64,000 nt of DNA, taken from contig JALONV010000003.1 in assembly GCA_025454755.1 (NCBI GenBank), positions 3,158 through 67,157 on the forward strand, written 5' to 3'. The stretch comes from Bacteroidales bacterium. Lineage in GTDB: Bacteria; Bacteroidota; Bacteroidia; Bacteroidales; VadinHA17. A program made the position numbers and the translations under genes. The first letter of the stretch is position 1, and the number at the start of each line of letters is the position of its first letter. Shown here piece by piece: positions 1 through 9,608 of this stretch. The notes under the pieces are model-generated. The model was not told where the DNA came from. It made no database searches and saw only the letters and a program-made list of their open reading frames with translations.

Positions 1-2
1 GT

Positions 3-1196
3 TACGACCTTGAGAAACATAGAGGTATTTATGTTCTGGGTGCAGGAAAAGCAAGTGCCGCACTCGGTCATTACCTCGAGAGTGTAATAGGCAATAGAAT
101 ATCCGGAGGACATATAGTTACTAAATACGGATTCTACTGTAAGCTCAGAAAAATTAAAGTAACGGAGGCAGGGCATCCGGTACCCGATGAGAACAGTTTC
201 AAGGCTACCTCAGAAATTGTGAGCATAGCAGACAATGCTTCCGAAAATGATCTTGTAATCTTTATCTGGTCAGGTGGAGGATCCTCATTGCTGGCAGACC
301 ATCCTGATGGTTCCTCTCCCAGTGAAATGATGTTCTTCAACGAAATGCTGGTAAGGTGCGGAGCTGATATTCATGAAATAAATATTGTAAGAAAGCATCT
401 CTCAAAGGTCAAGGGTGGTCAGCTTATAAGGCATATCTGGCCTGCATCAAGTGTCACAATTTACCTGTCGGATGTTCTGGGCGATCCTCCTGATACTGTT
501 GCTTCAGGGCCTACAGCTCCCGATAACACGACATTTGCTGATGCCCTGAATATAGTTGAAAAATATGATTTGATAAACGATATGCCTCCGTCATTGTACA
601 GGTTCATAAGCGATGGAGTACAGGGGATCAATCCTGATTCGCCCAAGCCGGGTGATCCTCTTTTCAGCAGATCGGCGACATTGCTTGCCGGAAACAACAG
701 GATGGCGCTTCAGGCTGCAGCCATAGAAGCTGAATCTATGGGACTCTCCACATTCATCGTTACAAGCGAACTTAATGGTGAAACACATCAGGCTTGCTCC
801 TTCATCCTTGATACTATCCATGCTTATAGAAATAATTATTCAACAAAAAAGCCAGTCTGTCTTTTGTTCGGAGGCGAGACAACAGTCAGGGTTACTGGTG
901 AGGGACTTGGCGGAAGGAATCAACACCTTGCCCTGGCGGCTGCAAATAAAATCCAGGATATTTCCGGAATAACATTCCTTTCTGCAGGTACGGATGGAAA
1001 TGACGGCAATACTGAAATGGCAGGTGCCGTTGCAGACTCAGAAACAGTTCACGATGCCCTTTCCATGAATGTCGATCCGGGAAGATACCTTCAGGAATTT
1101 GATTCATATAATTTCTTCAAAACTGTAGGAGGGCACATTTTTACCGGCCCGACAATGACCAACGTTATGGACATGGCCGTGGTAATAATTGAATAA
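3..1196 (+). CDS. Glycerate 2-kinase / hydroxypyruvate reductase family (DUF4147 + MOFRL), 5' end outside window
   Basis: Frame is open from position 3 (YDLEKHRGIYVLGAGKAS...EAGHPVPD). Motifs SGGGSSL, RKHLSKVKGG, GGETTV, GRNQ, GTDGNDG and TGPTMTNV are present. Confidence 0.88.
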   Translation, partial: YDLEKHRGIYVLGAGKASAALGHYLESVIGNRISGGHIVTKYGFYCKLRKIKVTEAGHPVPDENSFKATSEIVSIADNASENDLVIFIWSGGGSSLLADHPDGSSPSEMMFFNEMLVRCGADIHEINIVRKHLSKVKGGQLIRHIWPASSVTIYLSDVLGDPPDTVASGPTAPDNTTFADALNIVEKYDLINDMPPSLYRFISDGVQGINPDSPKPGDPLFSRSATLLAGNNRMALQAAAIEAESMGLSTFIVTSELNGETHQACSFILDTIHAYRNNYSTKKPVCLLFGGETTVRVTGEGLGGRNQHLALAAANKIQDISGITFLSAGTDGNDGNTEMAGAVADSETVHDALSMNVDPGRYLQEFDSYNFFKTVGGHIFTGPTMTNVMDMAVVIIE

Positions 1197-1197
1197 T

Positions 1198-1305
1198 ATG
1201 AAAGCACTTGTATTAGAATCATATAATAAACTGGTATACAAAGATGTAACTGATCCGGTTATTAATCCCGATGAGGATCTGGGTAAGGTGATACTTAAAC
1301 CCTGA
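1198..1305 (+). pseudogene. Internally deleted remnant of a Zn-dependent (MDR) alcohol/sugar dehydrogenase, 35 aa
   Basis: MKALVLESYNKLVYKDVTDPVINPDEDLGKVILKP*: an MDR-type N-terminus joined directly to an MDR-type C-terminal GKVILKP. It starts 1 nt after the upstream stop and ends 10 nt before the next gene. Confidence 0.65.
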
Positions 1306-1315
1306 AAGAAAAATT

Positions 1316-2449
1316 ATGACAAAAAAGATCTATAATATTTCAATAGCCGGATGCGGCAAAGTTGCTCACATCCATGCACGGGCTATTAAGAATATACCAA
1401 ATGCCAGACTTGCAGGAGTATGGAGCAGAACACCTGAAACAGCCCGGAATTTTGCTTCGGTATGGAAGACAAAGCCTTATTCTGAGATTAAACAGATGGT
1501 TCTTGAAAATGAATCGGACCTCGTAATAGTATGCACACCGCATCCGTTTCATCGTCAGCCAGCCATTGAAGCTGCAGAAGCAGGCGCCAATGTGCTTGTT
1601 GAGAAACCCCTGGCCTCTGATCTTCAGGATTGTGATACAATTATCAATGCCTGCAAGATAAGGTACGTGAAACTCGGGGTTATTAGCCAGCGACGCTGGT
1701 ATGAACCGGTCAGAAGAGTCAGGGAAGCCATCGATGCAGGCAAGATTGGGCATCCGGTTCTTGGCGCGGTAACTCTTCTCGGATGGCGCGATAAGGCATA
1801 TTATGATGCTGATGCATGGAGAGGCACCTGGCAGCAGGAGGGAGGAGGCGTACTTGTGAACCAGTCACCACACCAACTCGACCTTCTTCTCTGGTTCATG
1901 GGAGAGGTTGACGAAGTCTATGGCATCTGGAAGAATCTGAACCACCCATATATCGAGGTTGATGATACTGCAGTTGCTGTCGTAAGGTTTAAAAGTGGTG
2001 CAATTGGTAATATTCTGGTAAGCAATTCTCAGAAACCTGGTATTTACGGTAAAGTACATGTGCATGGTGATAAAGGAGCCTCGGTGGGAGTTCAAACTGA
2101 CGGTGGAGCAATGTTTATCGCCGGAATGACAGGTGTGGCTCAGCCCCCGGTAAATGATCTCTGGACAGTGCCGGGAGAGGAAAAACTCTTACAGAAATGG
2201 ATTAAAGAGGATACAGGTTCTTTTAGCAAACACGACCCTGTCGATTACTATATGCAATGCCAGATAGAAGATTTCCTGAAGGCAATAGAGGAAGACAGGG
2301 AGCCGGCTGTCTCGGGAGACGATGGCCGGAGAGTAGTGGAACTCTTCAGTGCAATTTACAGATCGACACGCAATAATGCATCGGTGAAATTCCCGCTCAG
2401 GCATGAGCCCGGACTAGATGGAAGGCAACAATTAAATAACAGCCAGTAA
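1316..2449 (+). CDS. Gfo/Idh/MocA family oxidoreductase
   Basis: N-terminal Rossmann GCGKVA, EKPLA motif, GGGVLVNQSPHQLD. Confidence 0.9.
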   Translation: MTKKIYNISIAGCGKVAHIHARAIKNIPNARLAGVWSRTPETARNFASVWKTKPYSEIKQMVLENESDLVIVCTPHPFHRQPAIEAAEAGANVLVEKPLASDLQDCDTIINACKIRYVKLGVISQRRWYEPVRRVREAIDAGKIGHPVLGAVTLLGWRDKAYYDADAWRGTWQQEGGGVLVNQSPHQLDLLLWFMGEVDEVYGIWKNLNHPYIEVDDTAVAVVRFKSGAIGNILVSNSQKPGIYGKVHVHGDKGASVGVQTDGGAMFIAGMTGVAQPPVNDLWTVPGEEKLLQKWIKEDTGSFSKHDPVDYYMQCQIEDFLKAIEEDREPAVSGDDGRRVVELFSAIYRSTRNNASVKFPLRHEPGLDGRQQLNNSQ

Positions 2450-2509
2450 TTCCAACGGGCAACCAACAGCTTACAATAAGTTAAATAACAATAAAAATCT
2501 GGATAAATT

Positions 2510-3829
2510 ATGCCTCTTATCATCGTAGTTCTGGGAATCTGCTTACTGCTCCTGTTAATCCTGGTATTTAAGTTTGATTCATTTTTATCTTTTGTCATTG
2601 TATCACTCCTGGTAGCAATAGCCGGAGGTATGTCAATCGGAGAAGCTGTTGTTTCAATTGAAAAAGGGATAGGCAGCACAATGGGGTTTATTATAATGAT
2701 TCTGATTTTCGGAGCAATGCTTGGAAAACTGGTTTCTGAAAGCGGTGCTGCTCAAAGGATTACAGTAGGAGTTGTAAAAACATTTGGAAAGAAACATATA
2801 CAATGGGCGCTTATGCTTACAGGATTTATTGTAGGGATCTCTCTGTTTTATGATGTTGGTTTTTTCGTGATGATTCCTCTGGTTTTTACAGTCGCTGCCA
2901 CTACTCGTCTTCCCATTCTTTATGTAGGTCTTCCAATGCTTGCAGCTCTGTCAGTCACCCACGGGTATTTGCCACCTCATCCTGCTCCAACAGCAATCAC
3001 TTCAATGTTCAATGCTGATATTGGAAAGACAATGATCTATGGGATTATAGTAGCAATACCTGCAATAATAATTTCGGGTCCAATTTTATCAAAGGCATTA
3101 AGCAGGATTGAAGCACATCCAATGAAGGAATTCATCAGCACTAAACCCCTGAATGATGACCAGCTTCCGGGTTTCTGGATTAGCTTCTTCACTGCTTTGT
3201 TGCCCGTAATTCTAATTGGTTTTTCAACAATTGCAGGATTCATCCTGAATGAAGGGAGTACCATTAGAATAGTTCTTGGATATTTCGGCAACCCGGTTAT
3301 TGCGATGCTTATTTCGGTTCTATTTGCCGTATATACACTTGGTCTGGCTCGAGGAAGAAAAATACTTGAAATAATGAGTTCTTTAACACATTCTGTTGTC
3401 AGCATGACAGTAATCATGCTTCTTATCGCAGGCGCGGGAGCATTGAAACAGGTTATGGTTGACAGCGGGGTGAGTAAATATATTGGCGAATTGCTTAGTC
3501 ATTCATCATTTTCTCCATTATTCCTGGCATGGCTTATTGCAACAGTTATGCGTTTCTGTGTCGGATCAGCCACAGTTGCAGGTTTGACAACTGCCGGAAT
3601 TGTCCTTCCTCTGATCTCGGTTCCCGGAGTAAAACCTGAATTAATGGTGCTGGCTATAGGATCCGGCAGCCTGATGCTGGGGCATGTCAATGATGGAGGT
3701 TTCTGGCTTTTTAAAGAATACTTCAGCCTTAGCATTAAGGATACATTAAAGTCATGGACAATAATGGAGACATCAATAGGCATATCCGGACTGATAGGTG
3801 TTCTGGTACTGAACCTAATCCTTAAGTGA
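2510..3829 (+). CDS. GntP family gluconate/sugar-acid:H+ symporter
   Basis: Polytopic membrane protein with THGYLPPHP, GSATVA, HVNDGGFWLFKEYF and TLKSWT. Confidence 0.9.
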   Translation: MPLIIVVLGICLLLLLILVFKFDSFLSFVIVSLLVAIAGGMSIGEAVVSIEKGIGSTMGFIIMILIFGAMLGKLVSESGAAQRITVGVVKTFGKKHIQWALMLTGFIVGISLFYDVGFFVMIPLVFTVAATTRLPILYVGLPMLAALSVTHGYLPPHPAPTAITSMFNADIGKTMIYGIIVAIPAIIISGPILSKALSRIEAHPMKEFISTKPLNDDQLPGFWISFFTALLPVILIGFSTIAGFILNEGSTIRIVLGYFGNPVIAMLISVLFAVYTLGLARGRKILEIMSSLTHSVVSMTVIMLLIAGAGALKQVMVDSGVSKYIGELLSHSSFSPLFLAWLIATVMRFCVGSATVAGLTTAGIVLPLISVPGVKPELMVLAIGSGSLMLGHVNDGGFWLFKEYFSLSIKDTLKSWTIMETSIGISGLIGVLVLNLILK

Positions 3830-3940
3830 TCATACCCTTTTCATCATTCTTCAATATTTTTCAACTCTCTACAGCTGAATTTTTATATTGATTTAAATTT
3901 TTTCTTGTAAATTTATCATTCCCGAAACCGGGGCATTCGA

Positions 3941-6900
3941 ATGTTGATGAATATGAATAGAATTGTTTCACTCGTATTCCTGTCATTTTTAACGGCTGTT
4001 ACAAGTGCACAGCGGGGATCACCTCTTTTAACTCATTTTATTGAAAGCAGGGAAACTGAGAACCAGAGCTGGGCAATATGCCAGGATGAAAACAAAGTCA
4101 TGCTCTTTGCCAATCGCAAAGGCATTCTCGCATTCGACGGACAGGAATGGAAAACTATCAGGATAGCGACCATTCCCTATACGATGAAAAAGAATCCTGC
4201 AGATAAGAAGATCTATATAGGTGGCGACAACAATTACGGATTCCTCTATAAGGATGAGAATGAAAACTACAGATATTCTTCATTATCAGGGGATTCAGCT
4301 GGTACGGGTATTATTACAAGAATAATTTTTAAAGATTCCCTGGTCTGGTTCTGCAGTGATGAATCCCTGGTGCGTTTTAATCTCGAAACACAAAAACAGG
4401 AACTTCATATTTCCGCTAAACCCGGGTTCCCGTTTACAGGTATCTTCTTTGCATCAAACAATACCTTTATCAATGTTCTGGATAAGGGCCTTCACAGGCT
4501 GGAGAGCGATACTCTTTTCCCTATTGTGACCGGATATCTCACAGAAAATGTCGACATCCTCTTTTCACTTCCATATAATAACAGCCGTGTGCTGACCGGA
4601 CGTAGTGATGGCACGCTCGCCCTCTTTGACGGCATCAAATATTATGATTACCCTATAAGGGATGACGGATATCTTGCCGAGAATATTTTATCGGAGGGTA
4701 TCACACTTGGAGACACTGCCTATGCATTCTCAACTCTGGAAGGCGGTGCAATAGTTATCGAGAAAGTTTCAGGAAAGGTCCTCTATACAATCAATAATCA
4801 GAATGAACTGCCCGATGATGAGGTATTTGCGACCGGTTCCGATAACTCCGGAGGTTTATGGCTGTCGCATCAGTATGGACTGACCAGGGCAGACTTAAGC
4901 CTGCCACTGGAGAACTTTACGATTTTCCCTGGTCTGAAAGGCAACCTCTCCTCAGCAGTAAAATATAATAGTGAACTATATGTCGCAACAAGCGAGGGAG
5001 TATTTTATCTGACCGAGGTAAAAAACTATGCTGAAGTGGAAGTGCTGATTAAAGATACATCATCAGCAAAAGAGAAGAGAGGGTCTGCTGCCACAGAGAC
5101 TCCCCAGGAGCAGCAGGCTGCACGAAAGAACATCTTCTCGAGGATTTTTGGCAAGAAAGCTGAACAGAAATCTGCACAGACAGCTCCGTCTTCAGAACAA
5201 CCACAGGCAAAAACCGAAAAGAAACCTGTTGCCAGCTATACGAGGAGAACAGTCAGCAAGCTTAAATCCATCAACTACATTTATAAGAAAGTTGAAGGAC
5301 TGAATGAAAAATGCCGGCAGCTTGTTGCAACACCCTATGGGATACTCTCAGCAACAAACAAAGGATTATACATAATAAAAGATCACAGGGCTACAACGAT
5401 CGTTGCCGGGAAATATATCAATTTTATCTCCTGGCAACCGGTTAATCAAGCATATTGTGTTGCCGCAAGCGAAGGATGTTTGGCTGTTAAATACCTGAAC
5501 GGTAAATGGGTTAACGAACAACTTGATCCGGAATATTATTATCCGGTCTATTCGGTTATTCATGAGAACGAAAATACGATCTGGCTGGGTGGTGACAACC
5601 TGGCCGCCAGGATTGAATTAAATAGCGATAACTCTGTAAAGAATTCTTCAGATTACAGCATAAAGAAAGATTACCCCGACCGGTATAATTTGAGGATTAT
5701 TAATGATACCGTTTTTTTATTCACCGAGTCGGAGATACATTATTTCAACAAAGCGGCTGACAAGTTCAGTCCTTATTTGAATGTAAGGTCAAACCTTGAT
5801 GCAGGAAAGAATTACCTGATGCCTCTTTCCAATTACACGCTAATAAGGCAGAATAATGACTGGACCTCATTTGACGCTACTGCAAAAGTGATAGATAGAC
5901 AGGAATTATCGCTTTTAAAAATATTTGATGATATCGTTTTTGCAGGAATCGAAAAGAACGATCTCTGGGTGATAGACGGCAATAACAGGATATTCGGCAT
6001 CAACCGTCTGAGTTCATCAAAAATTAATCCATCGACAGATATTCTGATTAAAAATATTACCAATAACAGGGGAACTAAGTTCAATCTCAGGGATGTAAAA
6101 TTCGAAAGAGGCGATAATGTTATCAATTTTGAAATTGTTGCACCATCATATATTAAGCAGAATACTACTCAGTACCAGTACATTATCAGTAGAGTAATGA
6201 CGGATTGGTCACAGTGGTCTGAGAATACCCATTACGATAAGGTCATAACCAGGCCGGGAGATTACACTCTCCGGGTGAGGGCGAAAGACCTGTGGGGAAA
6301 CATCGGAGATCCGGTATCCCTGGAATTCACAATCAGGGCTCCTTTTACCAAGACACTGTTTTTTTATCTGCTTATCGGTATCGCAGCTCTTGCCCTGATG
6401 GTTCTGATAATCCGGTTCAGGGAAAAAGCCCTGCAGCAAACGAACAGGATCCTGGAGCAAAAAGTAAAAGAAAGAACGGCTGAAATTGAAGCACAAAAAG
6501 AAGAGATAACGGCAAGTATTGAATATGCAGGACGGATCCAGAGAGCAATGCTTCCGGTGGAGGATCACTTTAAAGAATCATTCTCCGATTATTTCATAAT
6601 GTTCAAACCGAGGGATATCGTTAGCGGTGATTTTTACTGGATAGGCATGGATGATAAGGCGATTTTCTTTACTGTATCTGATTGCACCGGGCACGGAGTC
6701 CCTGGTGCCTTTATGAGCACAATGGGGATTTCAACATTAAATGAGATTATTGCAAATAACCGTGATCTTCAGGCAAATACTGTCCTTAATCTTCTGCGCG
6801 AGAAAACTATGCATGCTCTTCACCAGACCGGCAAGGAAGGCGAGGCCGCCGACGGAATGGATATAGCCTTCTGCATTCTTAATAAGAACAGACGAACACT

Positions 6901-7255
6901 TCAATTCTCCGGGGCATTTAATCCTCTGATCATTTTCCAGGGTGGAGAGTTCAAGGAGTATCGTGCCGACAGGATGCCGATAGGTATTCATTATGGCGAT
7001 GAAAAATCCTTTACAAATTATGTCATTCCGGTAACAAGAGGTGATACCCTGTACATTTTCTCAGATGGCTTTACTGATCAGTTCGGAGGACCGGATGGTG
7101 TAAAGTACAAAATGGCAAACTTCAGGAACCTCCTTAAAGAGATTTATTATCGTCCGATGATAGAGCAGCGGAATATTCTCGAAAGCGAATTCCAGAAATG
7201 GAGAGGCAATATGGATCAGGTCGATGATATTACAATTATAGGAATAAGGATTTAG
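3941..7255 (+). CDS. Membrane sensor PP2C/SpoIIE phosphatase (periplasmic beta-propeller + Y_Y_Y domain, TM helix, SpoIIE domain)
   Basis: Signal peptide, propeller-like repeats, GDYTLRVRAKD (Y_Y_Y-type), one TM, then SGDFYW, DCTGHGVPGA, FSDGFTDQFGG and DDIT. Confidence 0.85.
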   Translation: MLMNMNRIVSLVFLSFLTAVTSAQRGSPLLTHFIESRETENQSWAICQDENKVMLFANRKGILAFDGQEWKTIRIATIPYTMKKNPADKKIYIGGDNNYGFLYKDENENYRYSSLSGDSAGTGIITRIIFKDSLVWFCSDESLVRFNLETQKQELHISAKPGFPFTGIFFASNNTFINVLDKGLHRLESDTLFPIVTGYLTENVDILFSLPYNNSRVLTGRSDGTLALFDGIKYYDYPIRDDGYLAENILSEGITLGDTAYAFSTLEGGAIVIEKVSGKVLYTINNQNELPDDEVFATGSDNSGGLWLSHQYGLTRADLSLPLENFTIFPGLKGNLSSAVKYNSELYVATSEGVFYLTEVKNYAEVEVLIKDTSSAKEKRGSAATETPQEQQAARKNIFSRIFGKKAEQKSAQTAPSSEQPQAKTEKKPVASYTRRTVSKLKSINYIYKKVEGLNEKCRQLVATPYGILSATNKGLYIIKDHRATTIVAGKYINFISWQPVNQAYCVAASEGCLAVKYLNGKWVNEQLDPEYYYPVYSVIHENENTIWLGGDNLAARIELNSDNSVKNSSDYSIKKDYPDRYNLRIINDTVFLFTESEIHYFNKAADKFSPYLNVRSNLDAGKNYLMPLSNYTLIRQNNDWTSFDATAKVIDRQELSLLKIFDDIVFAGIEKNDLWVIDGNNRIFGINRLSSSKINPSTDILIKNITNNRGTKFNLRDVKFERGDNVINFEIVAPSYIKQNTTQYQYIISRVMTDWSQWSENTHYDKVITRPGDYTLRVRAKDLWGNIGDPVSLEFTIRAPFTKTLFFYLLIGIAALALMVLIIRFREKALQQTNRILEQKVKERTAEIEAQKEEITASIEYAGRIQRAMLPVEDHFKESFSDYFIMFKPRDIVSGDFYWIGMDDKAIFFTVSDCTGHGVPGAFMSTMGISTLNEIIANNRDLQANTVLNLLREKTMHALHQTGKEGEAADGMDIAFCILNKNRRTLQFSGAFNPLIIFQGGEFKEYRADRMPIGIHYGDEKSFTNYVIPVTRGDTLYIFSDGFTDQFGGPDGVKYKMANFRNLLKEIYYRPMIEQRNILESEFQKWRGNMDQVDDITIIGIRI

Positions 7256-7274
7256 ACACTAATCTAATGCCTTT

Positions 7275-8678
7275 ATGAAGATAAAGTTCCTTGGCGCTGC
7301 CCGTGAAGTGACCGGCAGCAAGTATCTGATTACAACCGATCTGAACAAAAGAATTCTCCTCGACTGCGGCATGTTCCAGGGTAAAGGCCTCGAGACCGAC
7401 GGCATGAACAGGGAGCTGGGGTTTGATCCTGATGCGATAGATCACGTTATCCTGACGCATGCTCACATTGATCATTCCGGACTGATACCATACATGTACA
7501 GACAGGGATTCAGGGGATCAGTGGTCTGCACCAACGCAACACGGGACCTGTGTGCTATAATGCTGGCCGATTCAGGATTCATACAGGAGCATGATACATA
7601 CACTTTTAATAAAAGGAGAGAGAAAAAAGGTCTTCCGCTGTTAACACCTATCTATACGCAGAAAGATGCTGCAGCCTGCATGAACCAGTTCATAGGAGTG
7701 CCTTTTGATATGAATTTCAGGATCGATGATAATATAAAGGTGAGGTTTACCAGCACAGGGCACATGCTGGGAAGCGGAACAGCCAACATTCAGATCATTG
7801 AGAAAGGCCAGATAAAAAGGATAGCCTATACCGGGGATATCGGAAGGCCTGTCGACACTATACTGGCCTCACCGATGCCATTTCCGCAATCAGATATTAT
7901 AATCACCGAATCGACTTATGGCGACAGGCTTCATAATAACAACGAAGAGGCTGAACAGGAACTCCTCAGCGTACTTGTGGAGACTTGTGTCCGGAAGAGG
8001 GGTAAACTGATCATTCCTGCTTTCAGCGTGGGACGTACACAGGAAATTGTATATGCCCTGAATAACTTTTTTAATGAAGGAAAATTGCCCCGTGTTGACA
8101 TATACGTCGATAGTCCATTAGCTGTAAACGCAACCTCGGTATTCCGGGTGCATCCGGAGTGCTTCAATAAAGAGTTTCAGAACAAGCTCCATTCTGATGA
8201 AGATCCGTTTGGATTTAAGAACCTCTTTTATATAACGAAACAGGAAGATTCGAAGAAGCTGAACGATCACAAGGAACCGTGCGTTATCATTTCAGCCTCC
8301 GGGATGGCTGAAGCCGGTCGTATCAAGCATCATCTGGCCAACAATATTTCAGATCCGAAAAATTCAGTTCTCTTTGTCGGCTATTGTTCTCCAGCCACTC
8401 TTGGAGCACGTATTCTGAGAGGAGCACAGGAAGTTTCAATACATGGCACTATATATAAAGTAAAAGCTGATATCAGAAAGATAGAATCGTTCTCAGGACA
8501 TGCAGATTACAGGGAGATGATCCAGTTCTTAAAGTGCCAGGAGCCCGGCGCTATTGAAAAGACATTTATTGTTCATGGTGAATATGAAACCCAGAAGAAA
8601 TATGTTTCCGAGCTTCAGAAGGAGGGTTTTAAGAATATTGAGATACCGGCTAAGGGGCAGGAGTATAGTATTCTTTAG
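7275..8678 (+). CDS. MBL-fold metallo-hydrolase, beta-CASP RNA-processing family
   Basis: GAAREVTGS, THAHIDHSG, GHMLGS, ESTYGDR, FSGHAD, VHGE. Confidence 0.9.
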   Translation: MKIKFLGAAREVTGSKYLITTDLNKRILLDCGMFQGKGLETDGMNRELGFDPDAIDHVILTHAHIDHSGLIPYMYRQGFRGSVVCTNATRDLCAIMLADSGFIQEHDTYTFNKRREKKGLPLLTPIYTQKDAAACMNQFIGVPFDMNFRIDDNIKVRFTSTGHMLGSGTANIQIIEKGQIKRIAYTGDIGRPVDTILASPMPFPQSDIIITESTYGDRLHNNNEEAEQELLSVLVETCVRKRGKLIIPAFSVGRTQEIVYALNNFFNEGKLPRVDIYVDSPLAVNATSVFRVHPECFNKEFQNKLHSDEDPFGFKNLFYITKQEDSKKLNDHKEPCVIISASGMAEAGRIKHHLANNISDPKNSVLFVGYCSPATLGARILRGAQEVSIHGTIYKVKADIRKIESFSGHADYREMIQFLKCQEPGAIEKTFIVHGEYETQKKYVSELQKEGFKNIEIPAKGQEYSIL

Positions 8679-8683
8679 TTAGT

Positions 8684-8760
8684 GGTAATCAGTAATCAGT
8701 AATCAGTAATCAGTAATCGGTAATCGGTAATCGGTAATCGGTAACTGGTAATTGGTAATT
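8684..8760. repeat. Tandem heptamer array, 11 x (A/G)GTAA(TC/CT/TT)
   Basis: Read directly: GGTAATC, AGTAATC x4, GGTAATC x3, GGTAACT, GGTAATT x2. Confidence 0.95.
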
Positions 8761-8773
8761 GTAAGACTATTAA

Positions 8774-8844
8774 GTCATTGCGAGGAGTCCCGCCACCACC
8801 TTCGCTAAAGCTTAGGCGGTCAATGTCGGGACGACGAAGCAATC
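8774..8844 (+). repeat. REP-like GTCATTGCGAG...GACGAAGCAATC element with nested palindromic insert
   Basis: Ends match the reverse-oriented, insert-free copy at 62639-62670. Internal GTCCCG...CGGGAC inverted repeat encloses the 29-bp element at 8795-8823. Confidence 0.8.
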
Positions 8845-8855
8845 CTTCAGAATCA

Positions 8856-9605
8856 TCACTTTGTTATATATTGTTTCAATTTCTTCCTTACCACTTTATA
8901 ATCAGGCACAATCTCTTCCAGCAGCCTGTAAAACTCCCTGCCATGGTTATGATGTTTCAGGTGACATAATTCATGGATAATTACATAATCGGCAAAAACA
9001 GGATCAAGCTTAATCAGCTCACTGCTTATTGTAACGGTGCCTTTTGAAGAACAGCTTCCCCAGCGGCTCTTAATAGGCTTTACTGAAAAGCCGGAAGGTA
9101 AAAACCGGTATTGAAGGTTACTGTTGATAATCATCTCAAACCGGGATGCAAGATATTCCTGGGCTTTCTGCCTGTACCATCTTTCAAGGAAATATCTGAT
9201 CTTCATTGTATTACAGGTTTCATCCAGACCTACCTCTATTATTGAATCGTCATTTCTGACGAAAAATTTTGCTGATTCAATTATTCTAAGGCAGAGTTCC
9301 TTCCCGAGAAAAAGGTGAAGCTCACCATCGGTGTATTTCTTTCCATGGTTCAGTCTTGTAAGCCCCGAATGCTTTTCAAGATGTTTTCTTATCCATCCCT
9401 CCTTCTCCTTCACGAATTTCTCAATCGACCTCAGGGATGTTGTGTACGGAGCTCTTACCGTCACACCCTTATCAGGACTCACGATCAGACTTATCGACCG
9501 CCTTCGAGAGAATATCACCCTGTATGTTAGTATTTCCTTCCGTTGCGCCCTTTGACCACCGAGGCCTTTGCGAAGGTGGTTTGCGCCGTTAAGCCCCTGT
9601 GCCAT
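8856..9605 (-). CDS. M48/SprT-like zinc metallopeptidase (YgjP/DUF45 family)
   Basis: SRRRSISL..VTVRAP N-terminal pattern, KSRWGSCS, YVIIHELCHL (HExxH), NHGREFY. First ~24 codons are repeat-derived. Confidence 0.85.
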   Translation of the reverse strand: MAQGLNGANHLRKGLGGQRAQRKEILTYRVIFSRRRSISLIVSPDKGVTVRAPYTTSLRSIEKFVKEKEGWIRKHLEKHSGLTRLNHGKKYTDGELHLFLGKELCLRIIESAKFFVRNDDSIIEVGLDETCNTMKIRYFLERWYRQKAQEYLASRFEMIINSNLQYRFLPSGFSVKPIKSRWGSCSSKGTVTISSELIKLDPVFADYVIIHELCHLKHHNHGREFYRLLEEIVPDYKVVRKKLKQYITK

Positions 9606-9608
9606 TTC

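Noticed and set aside
8778-8969. 63-aa ORF MRGVPPPPSLKLRRS...
   Set aside because: Derived from the nested palindromic repeat and the antisense of the M48 gene.
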